Under the pieces are notes generated by a model. It was not told where the DNA came from. It searched no databases and saw only the letters and a program-made list of their open reading frames with translations. 64,000 nt of DNA from an uncultured Spirochaetota bacterium. GTDB lineage: Bacteria; Spirochaetota; Spirochaetia; SZUA-6; Fen-1364. Location: assembly GCA_963820525.1 (NCBI GenBank), contig CAWGAA010000001.1, positions 2,688,001 to 2,752,000 of the forward strand. The letters are read 5' to 3'. Both the position numbers and the translations under genes were made by a program. Within the stretch, counting starts at the first letter, position 1. Each line of letters begins with the position of its first letter. Positions 49,615-58,161 of the stretch are shown piece after piece.

Positions 49615-51936
49615 CTAGCCCGCGCGGACCGCCGCGTTCCCCACCGACGGGTGGCGCAGGCGCACGGCGCGCGCAGCGTCCACCATGGCCTCGAGGGCCG
49701 GCTTTACTTCCTCCCACCGCCGGGTCTTCAGGCCGCAATCGGGGTTGACCCAAAGCTGCTCGGGCTTGAGCACTTCGAGAGCCTTCTCGAGCAAGCCCTG
49801 GATCTCCTCCGTCGAGGGAACGCGAGGGGAGTGGATGTCGTATACCCCGGGGCCGATCTCGTTAGGGTAGCGAAAATCGCGGAAGACGCCAAGGAGCTCC
49901 ATACGCGAGCGGGCCGATTCGATGGAGATCACGTCGGCGTCCATCGCCGCGATGGAGGGCATGATGGCGTTGAACTCGGAGTAGCACATATGGGTGTGGA
50001 TCTGCGTCGTGTCCTTCACGCCCGAGGAAGCGGCGCGGAATGCCTCCACGGCCCAGGAAAGGTACGCGTTCCACTGCGACTTTCGGAGGGGCAGCCCTTC
50101 GCGGAGGGCCGGCTCGTCGATCTGGATCACCCGGATGCCGGCGCTTTCCAGGTCCCGCACCTCGTCGCGGATGGCGAGCGCGATCTGCCGGCAGGTGAGC
50201 TCTCGCGGCTGGTCGTCGCGCACGAAAGACCACTGGAGGATGGTGACCGGGCCCGTGAGCATGCCCTTCAGCGGCTTTTTCGTCAGGGACTGGGCGAATC
50301 GGGCCCAGCGAACCGTCATGGGCTTCTTTCGTTCCACGTCTCCGTAGATGACGGGAGGCTTCACGCAGCGGGATCCGTAGCTCTGGACCCAGCCGTCCGC
50401 CGTGAATGCGAACCCGGCCAACATCTGGGCGAAGTGCTCCACCATGTCGGTGCGCTCGAACTCCCCGTGCACCAGAACATCGAGGCCGAGCTCCTCCTGG
50501 AACCTGATGGTCCGCTCGATCTCTTCCTTGATGAACGCTTCATACCCTTGCTCGTCGATCTCTCCCGACTTGAGGGCGGCCCGCCGGGAGCGGACCTTTT
50601 GAGTCTGGGGGAAGGAGCCGATCGTGGTTGTCGGAAGGAGAGGGAGATCGAGCACCTTTGCCTGCGCCGCCCGCCGCGCCGGGTATGGGCTGGATCGGCG
50701 GGTCATTTCGGGGGTGAGGGCGGAGACGCGCTCCCGCACGGCCTTCCGTACGGCTCGCTCGGAGCTGCCGCGCGCCCGCCGTACCCTGCGGCTTTCTTCC
50801 AATTCAGCCGCGACGCTTTTGCGGCCCGAGTTGACCGCGCGCGTTATCACGACCACTTCCGAAAGCTTCTGCCTGGCGAAAGCGAGCCATCCCGCAAGCT
50901 CCTCGTCGAGTCCGGTCTCGTGTGAGAGATCCTCGGGACAGTGGAGGAGCGAGCATGAGGTGGCGATAATCGTGTTCTCGCTGCCGAGGGCATTCACGCA
51001 TTTTTCGGCAAGCCCTATGGCGCGCTCCAGGTCGGTCTTCCAGACGTTTCTCCCGTCCACGAGGCCGAGGGAAACAGCGAGGTTCTTCGGCCTCCGTGCG
51101 ATGATCTCCTCGAGCTGCTGCGGCCCCCGCACCAGGTCGACGTGGAGCCCGGCAAAGGGAAGCCGCAGGACGAGATCGAGATTTTCGCGAAGCTCTCCAA
51201 AGTAGGTGGTGAGCAAGAGCTTCGCCTTCGTGGAAGGCAGGAGCCGGGAGTATGCCTCCTGGAAAGCCTTCCGTTTGTTTTCGCCGAGCTCGGTGACGAG
51301 AACCGGCTCGTCGATCTGGACCCACTGCGCCCCCAAGGCGGTGAGGCCTCTCAGCACCTCCTCGTAAACGGGGAGCAGGCGTTCCAGGAATGAAAGGGGG
51401 TTCGTTGATCCATCCGCGCTCTTGGCAAGGGAGAGGAACGTGATCGGCCCCAGGAGGACGGGGCGCGTCTCTATTCCCAGCCTTCCGGCTTCCGAGAAAT
51501 GATCCATGGGCTGGGTGAAGGAAAGCCGGAAAGGCTCGCCGGGGTCCAGCTCCGGCACGATGTAGTGGTAGTTGGTGTCGAACCACTTCGTCATCTCGAG
51601 GGCGGGCACGTCCATGCCGGCGGCCTGGCCTCCCCGGGCCATTGCAAAATACCCGGAAAGAGTGACCCCGCGCGGGAAGGAACCGTAGCGGGCAGGAACG
51701 GCTCCGAGCATTGCGGCCGTGTCCAGCACGTGATCGTAGAGCGAGAAATCCCCGGATGGGATGAAGTCGATGCCGGCGTCGGCTTGAGCTTTCCAGTGGA
51801 GGGCGCGGATGCGCCGAGCCTCCTCGAGCAGGAGCCGCTCATCGGCCTTTGACTGCCAGTAGCCCTCCAAGGCCTTCTTCAGCTCCCGGGCAGGACCGAT
51901 TCGGGGATAACCAAGGACAGAGTTTCGTACAATCAT
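49615..51936 (-). CDS. metE: Cobalamin-independent methionine synthase
   Basis: GYPRIG..RELK, KWFDTNYHY, TTTIGSFPQT, HTHMCY, WVNPDCGLKTR. Confidence 0.98.
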   Translation of the reverse strand: MIVRNSVLGYPRIGPARELKKALEGYWQSKADERLLLEEARRIRALHWKAQADAGIDFIPSGDFSLYDHVLDTAAMLGAVPARYGSFPRGVTLSGYFAMARGGQAAGMDVPALEMTKWFDTNYHYIVPELDPGEPFRLSFTQPMDHFSEAGRLGIETRPVLLGPITFLSLAKSADGSTNPLSFLERLLPVYEEVLRGLTALGAQWVQIDEPVLVTELGENKRKAFQEAYSRLLPSTKAKLLLTTYFGELRENLDLVLRLPFAGLHVDLVRGPQQLEEIIARRPKNLAVSLGLVDGRNVWKTDLERAIGLAEKCVNALGSENTIIATSCSLLHCPEDLSHETGLDEELAGWLAFARQKLSEVVVITRAVNSGRKSVAAELEESRRVRRARGSSERAVRKAVRERVSALTPEMTRRSSPYPARRAAQAKVLDLPLLPTTTIGSFPQTQKVRSRRAALKSGEIDEQGYEAFIKEEIERTIRFQEELGLDVLVHGEFERTDMVEHFAQMLAGFAFTADGWVQSYGSRCVKPPVIYGDVERKKPMTVRWARFAQSLTKKPLKGMLTGPVTILQWSFVRDDQPRELTCRQIALAIRDEVRDLESAGIRVIQIDEPALREGLPLRKSQWNAYLSWAVEAFRAASSGVKDTTQIHTHMCYSEFNAIMPSIAAMDADVISIESARSRMELLGVFRDFRYPNEIGPGVYDIHSPRVPSTEEIQGLLEKALEVLKPEQLWVNPDCGLKTRRWEEVKPALEAMVDAARAVRLRHPSVGNAAVRAG

Positions 51937-51958
51937 GACATTTCGCCCCTTCGCGCGT

Positions 51959-52004
51959 ACAAGATGTTTTGAAGATAGGAATCGGGTGAGTGGGCGGTCA
52001 AGGG
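51959..52004 (-). promoter_or_regulatory. Putative sigma70-type promoter for metE
   Basis: Minus strand TTGACC-18-TATCTT, about 40 nt upstream of the ATG; too little space for a riboswitch. Confidence 0.4.
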
Positions 52005-52017
52005 CCGGGGGAAAGCT

Positions 52018-52922
52018 TCAGCGCGCGAGGGAGCCGAGGGCTATGGAGTAAAGCTTGTTCTCGGCAGAGTCGGCGCGTGATGTCACGACGATGGGCACCC
52101 GAGCGCCCACCACCAGCCCCGCTTCGACTGCATCGGCGAAGAACACCAGAGACTTGTACAGGATATTGGCTGCCTCGATGTCGGGAGCCAGGAGGATGTC
52201 TGCGCGGCCGGCCAGTTCGCTTGAAATCCCCTTTCGCCGCGCGGCTTCTTCGCTCACCGCGTTGTCCAGGGCGAGGGTCCTTCCACCCTTCCTCCCGTGA
52301 TCTGCCCGCGCTCCGCCATCTTGGAAAGGCATGCCGCATCCAGCGTGGCGGGCATGGAGGGGTTCACGGTCTCAAGGGCGCAGAGCACCGCGACCACGGG
52401 GGATGCGATGCCCAACCTGTGCGCCAGATCGATCGCGTTCTGCGCGATCTCGGCCTTCTGTTGAAGGGTGGGGGCGATCACGAGCGCTGCGTCCGTGATC
52501 ATGAGAAACCTCTCCGCGAACCGCCGTGAGACGGGAACGAGGAACACCCCGACGTGGGACAGTGTCCGTCCGCATCCTATCCCCGCGTTCTTGTCCAGCG
52601 CTGCGTGGAGAAGCTCGGCGGTCTGGAGCATTCCCTTCACCAGCACATCCCCCTCGCCCCGGGCGATGAGGCGGACCGCTTCAGCGGCCGCTTCGCCTTT
52701 CGAGGGAGGCTCCACGATCCGATAGGAGGAGAGCTGGATGCCGAGGCCTGCCGCCGCCGCTTCGATCTCGGGGCGGGAACCGACAAGAACGGGATTCGCG
52801 ATCCCCTTGATGCGCGCCTCTTCCATGGCCTTGAGGATGGACTCATCCGCGGCCTGAGCGACTACCGGGCGGCAGGCGCCCTTCAGCCGCGCGGCTTCCA
52901 GGATCTCGGAGAAGTTTTTCAT
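52018..52922 (-). pseudogene. ptb: Phosphate butyryl/acetyltransferase (Ptb-like) with a -1 frameshift at ~52276 (pseudogene or sequencing error)
   Basis: KG.L.TA, TDAAL.I.P, ETVNP.MP.T.DAA. Adding one C in GGA CCC TCG restores EGPLALDNA, continuous with [13 protein letters not shown] and TSRADS. Confidence 0.85.
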
Positions 52923-52956
52923 GGAAGAGACTATAGCACGGCTCAGGTTGGCGGGC

Positions 52957-52986
52957 AAAATAAAAGCCGGTCTATGCCGGCTTTTA
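52957..52986 (-). terminator. Intrinsic terminator
   Basis: TAAAAGCCGG-N6-CCGGCTTTTA stem with U-tracts on both strands. Confidence 0.8.
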
Positions 52987-53064
52987 CGAAACCCGACCAC
53001 GTCTGCCGCCTTTGGCGACGACGGGCTCGGATTCATTGTTTGAAGAGGGCAATCCCTCATCCAT
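52957..53064 (-). ncRNA. Candidate structured small RNA (or leaderless 26-aa sORF) with its own promoter and terminator
   Basis: TTGACA-17-TACATT promoter (53098-53070), two hairpins that fold better on the minus strand (G-U pairs), then AAAAGCCGG-N6-CCGGCTTTTATTTT. Confidence 0.55.
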
Positions 53065-53129
53065 CAATCAATGTATCCCCGCGGACGGCTGCTGTCAAGG
53101 GAAAGCAGCATCTCGATGACCGCCCTCGA

Positions 53130-53146
53130 TGCCGGCGGTCGGACTT
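53130..53146 (-). repeat. 17-bp exact copy of the tRNA-Leu 3' end (att-like site)
   Basis: TGCCGGCGGTCGGACTT is identical to 57121-57137. Confidence 0.85.
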
Positions 53147-53213
53147 CCGTAGACGCCACGCTGCCACGATTCCCGGAAGCATCCACCGGCGAGTCTGTGC
53201 TATTCTCGGGATC

Positions 53214-54152
53214 ATGAAAATAGACCGTCTGCTCTCCATCGTTGTCATGATGCTCACTAGAGACCGGATCCCGGCCGCGGAGTTGGCCAGGAGGTTCGAG
53301 GTGTCGGTGCGCACGATCTATCGCGACGTCGACGCCATCAACCTGGCGGGAATTCCCATTGTCTCCTTCCAGGGAAACAGCGGCGGGCTGGGAATCCACG
53401 AGAGCTACAAGCTTGATCGCCAGGTGCTCACGCTTTCGGATATGGTGTCCATCCTTTCGGCATTGCGCAGCATCTCGGCGGCTTTCGAGTCGACGGAGCT
53501 GGAATCGGCCCTGGATAAGGTGCAGAGCCTCGTGCCAAAGGAAAAACGAACGGAAGTGGACGAGCTGCAGGACCAGATCGTTGTGGACATCCTCCCATGG
53601 GGGTATCGCGCGCGGGAGAAAGAGCTCATGAAGGACCTTCATCGGGCGCTCCGCGGCAAGCGATTGACCGGCATTACGTACCGGTCATACGGCGGGCAGG
53701 CAACCGCCCGCGTCGTGGAGCCCATGACACTGGTGTACAAAGGCTCGGGATGGTATCTCTACGGGTTCTGCCGGATGCGCGCGGATTACCGGTTATTCCG
53801 GGTTTCGCGAATTCAGGAGCTCGAGATCAAGGGAGAGACATTCACGCGCAAGTCCAGATCGTACGTCCGGTTTTCCAACCCGTCCATCCCGATGAAGACC
53901 ATGGCCCTCACCCTCAGGTGCTCGCCGCGGGTCGCCGCCTCTTTTGAAGACTACCTGGAGCCCGAGAGGATCGTTCCTGACGGCGAGAAGGTGCGCGTAA
54001 CGGCGGAATGGCCGGACGACGCATGGACGTATTCGATGCTGCTGGGCATGGGCGCGGATGCCGAAGTACTCGAGCCGCAAGAGGTGAGGCGGGAGCTCTC
54101 GCGCAGGGTTCGCCTGATGGCGGAAAAATACCATGACGATTTTCAAACCTGA
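53214..54152 (+). CDS. YafY-family HTH-WYL-WCX transcriptional regulator
   Basis: MKIDRLLSI, FEVSVRTIYRD, R.VEP..L, WYLYGFC..R..FRVSRI, VLEP..VR. Confidence 0.95.
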   Translation: MKIDRLLSIVVMMLTRDRIPAAELARRFEVSVRTIYRDVDAINLAGIPIVSFQGNSGGLGIHESYKLDRQVLTLSDMVSILSALRSISAAFESTELESALDKVQSLVPKEKRTEVDELQDQIVVDILPWGYRAREKELMKDLHRALRGKRLTGITYRSYGGQATARVVEPMTLVYKGSGWYLYGFCRMRADYRLFRVSRIQELEIKGETFTRKSRSYVRFSNPSIPMKTMALTLRCSPRVAASFEDYLEPERIVPDGEKVRVTAEWPDDAWTYSMLLGMGADAEVLEPQEVRRELSRRVRLMAEKYHDDFQT

Positions 54153-54182
54153 CATACCCCCGTCACAAGGGCGCGTTATGAT
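54150..54182 (+). promoter_or_regulatory. Putative WYL-regulator operator/promoter
   Basis: TGAC-N8-GTCA palindrome (54150-54165); CGTCAC-N10-TATGAT spacing. Confidence 0.6.
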
Positions 54183-54232
54183 TGGCCTCATATCAGGGGC
54201 GATCGAGCGGTCCGCCCCGGGAGGTTGTTGAA

Positions 54233-54889
54233 ATGAAAGCGTTGCTGATTGTCGGTATCGTGGTCGTGGCGCTCGTCCTGGCAGGCGGCGTCGTTTTTCT
54301 CCTGTTCATGAGAGGGCCCGATTTATCAAGGTATGAATCGCTTCGCGACCCACGGATATCCGCGCGAAAGAACGTGAGAATGATCGAAGTTGCGTTCCGG
54401 GGAAAACCGGATAAAGTTCTCATGAGCGCGTTCGGCCTTCTTTTCAAGACATATTTCGCGCTGCCGGGCGTGCCCAAGGGGCCGGGCCAGCCCGCGCCCA
54501 TCGCCCGCTTCAAGGGGTTCGAGGGTCTGCCGAAGGATCCCGCGGAACGCGCCAAGGCGCTCGAGGCCTTTTCCGACCGGGATTGGCAGGGAGCGGTCGG
54601 GCTGCCGGTTCCCGAAACCGTCACGTCTCTGCCGCGCGTGGAGAACACGACCCAGTTCGAGGTGAAGTTGACCACCTGGGAATACGGCGAGGTGGCGGAG
54701 ATACTCCACGTCGGCAGGTACGAGACCGAGGTTCCGACAATCGCGAGGCTTGACGAGTACATCCAAAGCCAAGGCTACGCCATCGCGGGCGAACATGAAG
54801 AAGAGTACCTGCGTGGGCCCGGCGTGCCGATGGCCAAGCCGGAGAGCTACTACACGATCATCCGGTATCCCGTGAAGAGAACGCGCTAG
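54233..54889 (+). CDS. Membrane-anchored GyrI-like small-molecule-binding protein
   Basis: N-terminal TM; AEILHVGRYETE..TI..L..YI...GY...GEHEEEYL..P..TIIRYPV. Confidence 0.88.
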   Translation: MKALLIVGIVVVALVLAGGVVFLLFMRGPDLSRYESLRDPRISARKNVRMIEVAFRGKPDKVLMSAFGLLFKTYFALPGVPKGPGQPAPIARFKGFEGLPKDPAERAKALEAFSDRDWQGAVGLPVPETVTSLPRVENTTQFEVKLTTWEYGEVAEILHVGRYETEVPTIARLDEYIQSQGYAIAGEHEEEYLRGPGVPMAKPESYYTIIRYPVKRTR

Positions 54890-54904
54890 ATGCATAAGAG
54901 GTGA

Positions 54905-54928
54905 GGGCCGCCCGCACAGGCGCGGCCC
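54905..54928 (+). terminator. Hairpin after the GyrI-like gene
   Basis: GGGCCGC-N10-GCGGCCC; weak U-tract. Confidence 0.4.
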
Positions 54929-55031
54929 CTTCGCTTGCGCGTCCCGGGGCGGTCTCGACGCAGGGCCTAGTTACCCCCACGAAGACGGTTTCCTACGTTA
55001 CATTTGGGAGTGATGGAGAGGAGGGTCTCAT

Positions 55032-55583
55032 ATGGCCGACACAACAAAGACCCAGAAGAAGCGCGAAGGGACACAAGCGCGCGAGAATAGCACGGCAGGA
55101 GGCAGCATGCACACGCAAAAGGTCACCACGTTCTTGACGTTCAAGGACCGAGGAGAAGAGGCAGTGAAATTCTACGTCTCCCTTTTCAAGAATTCGAAGA
55201 TCGTAAGGATTGTTCGCAGTGAACAGGAAGGGCCGGTAGCGAAGGGCGCGCTGCTGCATGCGGCATTCCAGCTCGAAGGGCAACAATTCATGGCGATGGA
55301 CGGCGGCCCGTATTTCGCTTTTGCACAGGGAGTTTCGCTCTTCGTGAACTGCGGGACTCAGGAAGAAGTAGACTGGCTGTGGGAGAAGCTCTCCGAAGGC
55401 GGAGAAAAACAACGGTGCGGCTGGCTCAAGGACAAATACGGTGTGTCGTGGCAGATTATCCCCTCTGCTTTGGGCGAGTTGATGGGTGACGGGAAATCTG
55501 CGCGATCAAGAAAGGTCATGGAAGCAATGCTCACGATGGACAAGATTGACATCAAAGACCTGCAACAGGCATATGAGCAGTGA
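55032..55583 (+). CDS. VOC-family protein (PhnB / 3-demethylubiquinone-9 methyltransferase-like); alternative start 55107
   Basis: QKVTTFL.F, EEA..FY..LF, MDGGP, CGWLKDKYGVSWQI. Confidence 0.92.
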   Translation: MADTTKTQKKREGTQARENSTAGGSMHTQKVTTFLTFKDRGEEAVKFYVSLFKNSKIVRIVRSEQEGPVAKGALLHAAFQLEGQQFMAMDGGPYFAFAQGVSLFVNCGTQEEVDWLWEKLSEGGEKQRCGWLKDKYGVSWQIIPSALGELMGDGKSARSRKVMEAMLTMDKIDIKDLQQAYEQ

Positions 55584-55594
55584 CAGGGCTTGGT

Positions 55595-55643
55595 TCGGAC
55601 TTGAACCGACACGGAGGTTGCCCCCCCACCAGATTGAGTCTGG
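55595..55643 (-). repeat. Degenerate partial copy of tRNA-Leu (anticodon arm to T-arm; att-like)
   Basis: Matches 57130-57179 except for one extra C and a 2-nt deletion in the anticodon loop. Confidence 0.9.
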
Positions 55644-55713
55644 TTCACGAGTCTTTCTCCCTTTTTCGGCGCCAACAGCACGGCGGCTGGGCATGATGTC
55701 AGACGGATGTAGA

Positions 55714-56904
55714 TTAGTATAGCTTTAGCTCAAGCAATAGTACGTTTCCATCTTTTATCGGCAGGCGATAGAGAGTGGCATGATAGTTGTTGCTATATCC
55801 AACGTCAATTTCCGCATTACTGATAAGCAACGGGATATTCTTGAGGGCGATTTTTACGCTATAACCGAATACGCCTTGCGGAAAAATATCTTTCGAATAT
55901 GACAGTCCGCCATTCAAAGCGATGCCAAAATGCCTCGTTTTATTCTCATTCGACAACTCGTTTTTGTATTGTTGTCCTTTATCTCCAAACAGATAGAGGG
56001 AAATATCGGCGACAATGTAATCCAGGTTTTGCTTGTCGAGGTTGAAATAGAGCTCGTAGCTGAATTTGATGAAATCAAGTGGAGAAATAGCATAATGCCT
56101 ATATCCCAGTTGTTTGATATTCATGAAATCGAAGTAATTAAATCCGGGGACAAGCAATCCCAAAAAATCTCGCACATTGATATCCAATCCCGGAATGAAT
56201 AGTCTGAGCAAGTCGGCAACACTGAATTCATACCTGAACTCAAAAGCCTTGAATACGCTATCTTCCGTATCATAGACTATTTTGGAAGTGAAGCCGAATA
56301 AGAATAAATTCGCGAAGGCCTCCGTCTGCTCCTCTTCCGAGGTAACGAACCTGTTTATCTCATTATCAAAGGTATAAGAAAAGTATTCATTGTTATTGAC
56401 GTCTGAGGTTATTATTGGCAACCACCTCTTTATAAAGCCGCAATCAAGAGCAAAATTGTATTCACTCTCTTTGATTATTAGACAATAGATGCCATAATCA
56501 TAGCTGAAAACATCGTTATGACTGTCTGTCCAAATATTGTTGGCCAGCGCAATTCCGTTTCCCGCGGCAAAAATAGCGAGGCTGAAGGAGCTCGTTAGAT
56601 CAATACTCCAATAGAGACATCCGGTATATTGGCCCAATTCAAAATTTTTATTTCCTTGGGTCGTTGGCACTATAAATCGAGTATTAAGGATAGTCACCAG
56701 ATCGATATCAAAAAAGAACTTGTAACCATTGGCAGTTATTTCAGTATTATAATCATCAAAAGTCTGAATGATGTCGAGTGAAGTTTCCGATATCAATTTA
56801 AAACTTTCCGGTATTATCGCCAAATCTCCCATGAGATAGTGCGGATTTAGAAAAGCGAATAGGATGGATGATATAATACACATTTTATGCCGCATAATAT
56901 GCAC
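55714..56904 (-). CDS. AT-rich hypothetical exported protein, possible outer-membrane beta-barrel; start uncertain
   Basis: Signal-like N-terminus, aromatic alternating strands, C-terminal LLLELKLY; composition atypical of the window. Confidence 0.6.
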   Translation of the reverse strand: MHIMRHKMCIISSILFAFLNPHYLMGDLAIIPESFKLISETSLDIIQTFDDYNTEITANGYKFFFDIDLVTILNTRFIVPTTQGNKNFELGQYTGCLYWSIDLTSSFSLAIFAAGNGIALANNIWTDSHNDVFSYDYGIYCLIIKESEYNFALDCGFIKRWLPIITSDVNNNEYFSYTFDNEINRFVTSEEEQTEAFANLFLFGFTSKIVYDTEDSVFKAFEFRYEFSVADLLRLFIPGLDINVRDFLGLLVPGFNYFDFMNIKQLGYRHYAISPLDFIKFSYELYFNLDKQNLDYIVADISLYLFGDKGQQYKNELSNENKTRHFGIALNGGLSYSKDIFPQGVFGYSVKIALKNIPLLISNAEIDVGYSNNYHATLYRLPIKDGNVLLLELKLY

Positions 56905-57120
56905 TCGCTGAACAGCTCACAATCTTATTGCACAACCGAACTTCATGCGCAATTAGCGATGATTATAGATCCCAAATGACTGTTGTCAATTCTTCATTCG
57001 GGGCGAACCATGATTGAAGTAATATTCCCAAGTATCAGACACATGATTTCGTCTCAGACTGCAGTTCAAGGCCGGTCTATTGATAGTTGCTAGTAAGTAT
57101 TTAATCTGTAGGTAATTATG

Positions 57121-57205
57121 TGCCGGCGGTCGGACTTGAACCGACACGGAGGTTGCCCCCCACCAGATTTTGAGTCTGGCATGTCTGCCATTTCATCACG
57201 CCGGC
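57121..57205 (-). tRNA. tRNA-Leu(CAA)
   Basis: GCCGGCG/CGCCGGC acceptor stem, CCAGA-CTCAAAA-TCTGG anticodon arm, long variable arm, GGTTCAAGTCC T-arm; CCA not encoded. Confidence 0.95.
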
Positions 57206-57415
57206 GCGCGGAAAAGGATATCCTTCCCGCGGCAAGGATGTCAACGAAGGCATGCGGCATAATGGCACCGGGAGCGCCGCACGTTGACGGAGCTGCGGAC
57301 GCCAACTGTTCCATTGGCCCCCCGTGCGGACGGTGCCGCGGCCGCTGACTGTTCGCGCGACGCTGAGCATCCCGCTCTTGATCATTGCGATGGTTTTCGC
57401 TACGTTTCCAAAACG

Positions 57416-57489
57416 GGGCCCATAGCTCAGTTGGTTAGAGCGACGGACTCATAATCCGTTGGTCCAAGGTTCAAGTCCTTGTGGGCCCA
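57416..57489 (+). tRNA. tRNA with CAT anticodon, most likely tRNA-Ile2 (lysidine-modified)
   Basis: GGGCCCA/TGGGCCC stem, TAGCTCAGTTGGTTAGAGC, GACTCATAATC loop as in Ile2; lacks the fMet C1:A72 mismatch and 3GC anticodon stem. Confidence 0.9.
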
Positions 57490-57616
57490 GAGGATTTCCC
57501 CGCGGGGCACGGCGTCCCGCCTGTTATATAACGGTCATTTATTCCTCTTTTATCCTCCATTTATTGATTGCTGAAATCGTCCGGCGTACCATCTTTCCAA
57601 GAATGGAGGATCGACC

Positions 57617-58102
57617 ATGAAGAGAATCTTTCCTGTAGTCGCCCTATCCCTGCTCTTTATTCCCCTGATGGCATTTGCCCAGAATCAGCAGAGCCCCAAT
57701 GCGGCCGCGCTGAAGAAGCTCGGCTTGAGCGACGCGCAGGTGACCCAGGTGATGGATGTGCAGAAAAAAACGCAAGACCTGGTCCGGCAGGACAGCGTGA
57801 GCCTCCGCCTGATAAGAGACAAGATCGATCAGGCGCTGCTGCCCGCCAATCCCGACGTGAAGGCGGTGAACGGCCTCGTGGATCAGGCCGCGCAGACCAG
57901 GGCTGAGATGCAGAAGGCCCTGCTCGGAGCGAGGATCCAGCTGCGGCAGATCATGGGGGACGACAATTATCGCCAGTACATCCGTTCGTTTGGAAGATTC
58001 CATCGAAGGATGAACGGACCTGGCCCGCAAGGATTCAGGCGGGGAATGGGCGGAATGGACGGAAGGCAGGGGCCCGACCGTATGGGCGACGGGCAATTGT
58101 AA
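57617..58102 (+). CDS. Periplasmic Spy/CpxP-like (heavy-metal/chaperone) protein
   Basis: Signal peptide, LGLSDAQ (LTxxQ-like), PD...V..LV, Gly/Met-rich tail. Confidence 0.75.
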   Translation: MKRIFPVVALSLLFIPLMAFAQNQQSPNAAALKKLGLSDAQVTQVMDVQKKTQDLVRQDSVSLRLIRDKIDQALLPANPDVKAVNGLVDQAAQTRAEMQKALLGARIQLRQIMGDDNYRQYIRSFGRFHRRMNGPGPQGFRRGMGGMDGRQGPDRMGDGQL

Positions 58103-58109
58103 ATGATGA

Positions 58110-58150
58110 GAGAAGTTCCGCGGGAGACCTGGCCGTCTCCCGCGCTTCTC
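58110..58150. terminator. Hairpin between convergent genes
   Basis: GAGAAG..GCGGGAGAC-N6-GTCTCCCGC..CTTCTC. Confidence 0.6.
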
Positions 58151-58161
58151 CATGTGGTGCT

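Larger units (their letters stand above)
53130..57137. mobile_element. Integrase-less genomic islet(s) accreted at the tRNA-Leu(CAA) 3' end
   Basis: Bounded by tRNA-Leu and a 17-bp 3'-end repeat, with an internal second partial tRNA copy and a visibly AT-rich segment at ~55700-57120. Confidence 0.7.

Noticed and set aside
51937..52017. Cobalamin or SAM riboswitch directly upstream of metE
   Set aside because: Only ~80 nt, mostly promoter; no B12-box or S-box consensus visible.
53214..54152. WYL gene as marker of an anti-phage defence island
   Set aside because: No nuclease, methylase, CRISPR, BREX or CBASS genes nearby; the architecture is YafY-type with detoxification-type cargo.
54940..54960. 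Third degenerate tRNA-3'-end (att-like) copy GTCCCCGGGGCGGTCTCGAC
   Set aside because: Similarity to the tRNA end is too short and mismatched to distinguish from chance.
55595..55643. Functional third tRNA
   Set aside because: Lacks the acceptor stem and D-arm, and the anticodon loop has a 2-nt deletion; treated as an att remnant.
57416..57489. Initiator or elongator tRNA-Met
   Set aside because: Paired 1:72 bases, no 3GC anticodon stem, and Ile2-like sequence features; Ile2 is preferred, though a tRNAscan-SE isotype model would be decisive.
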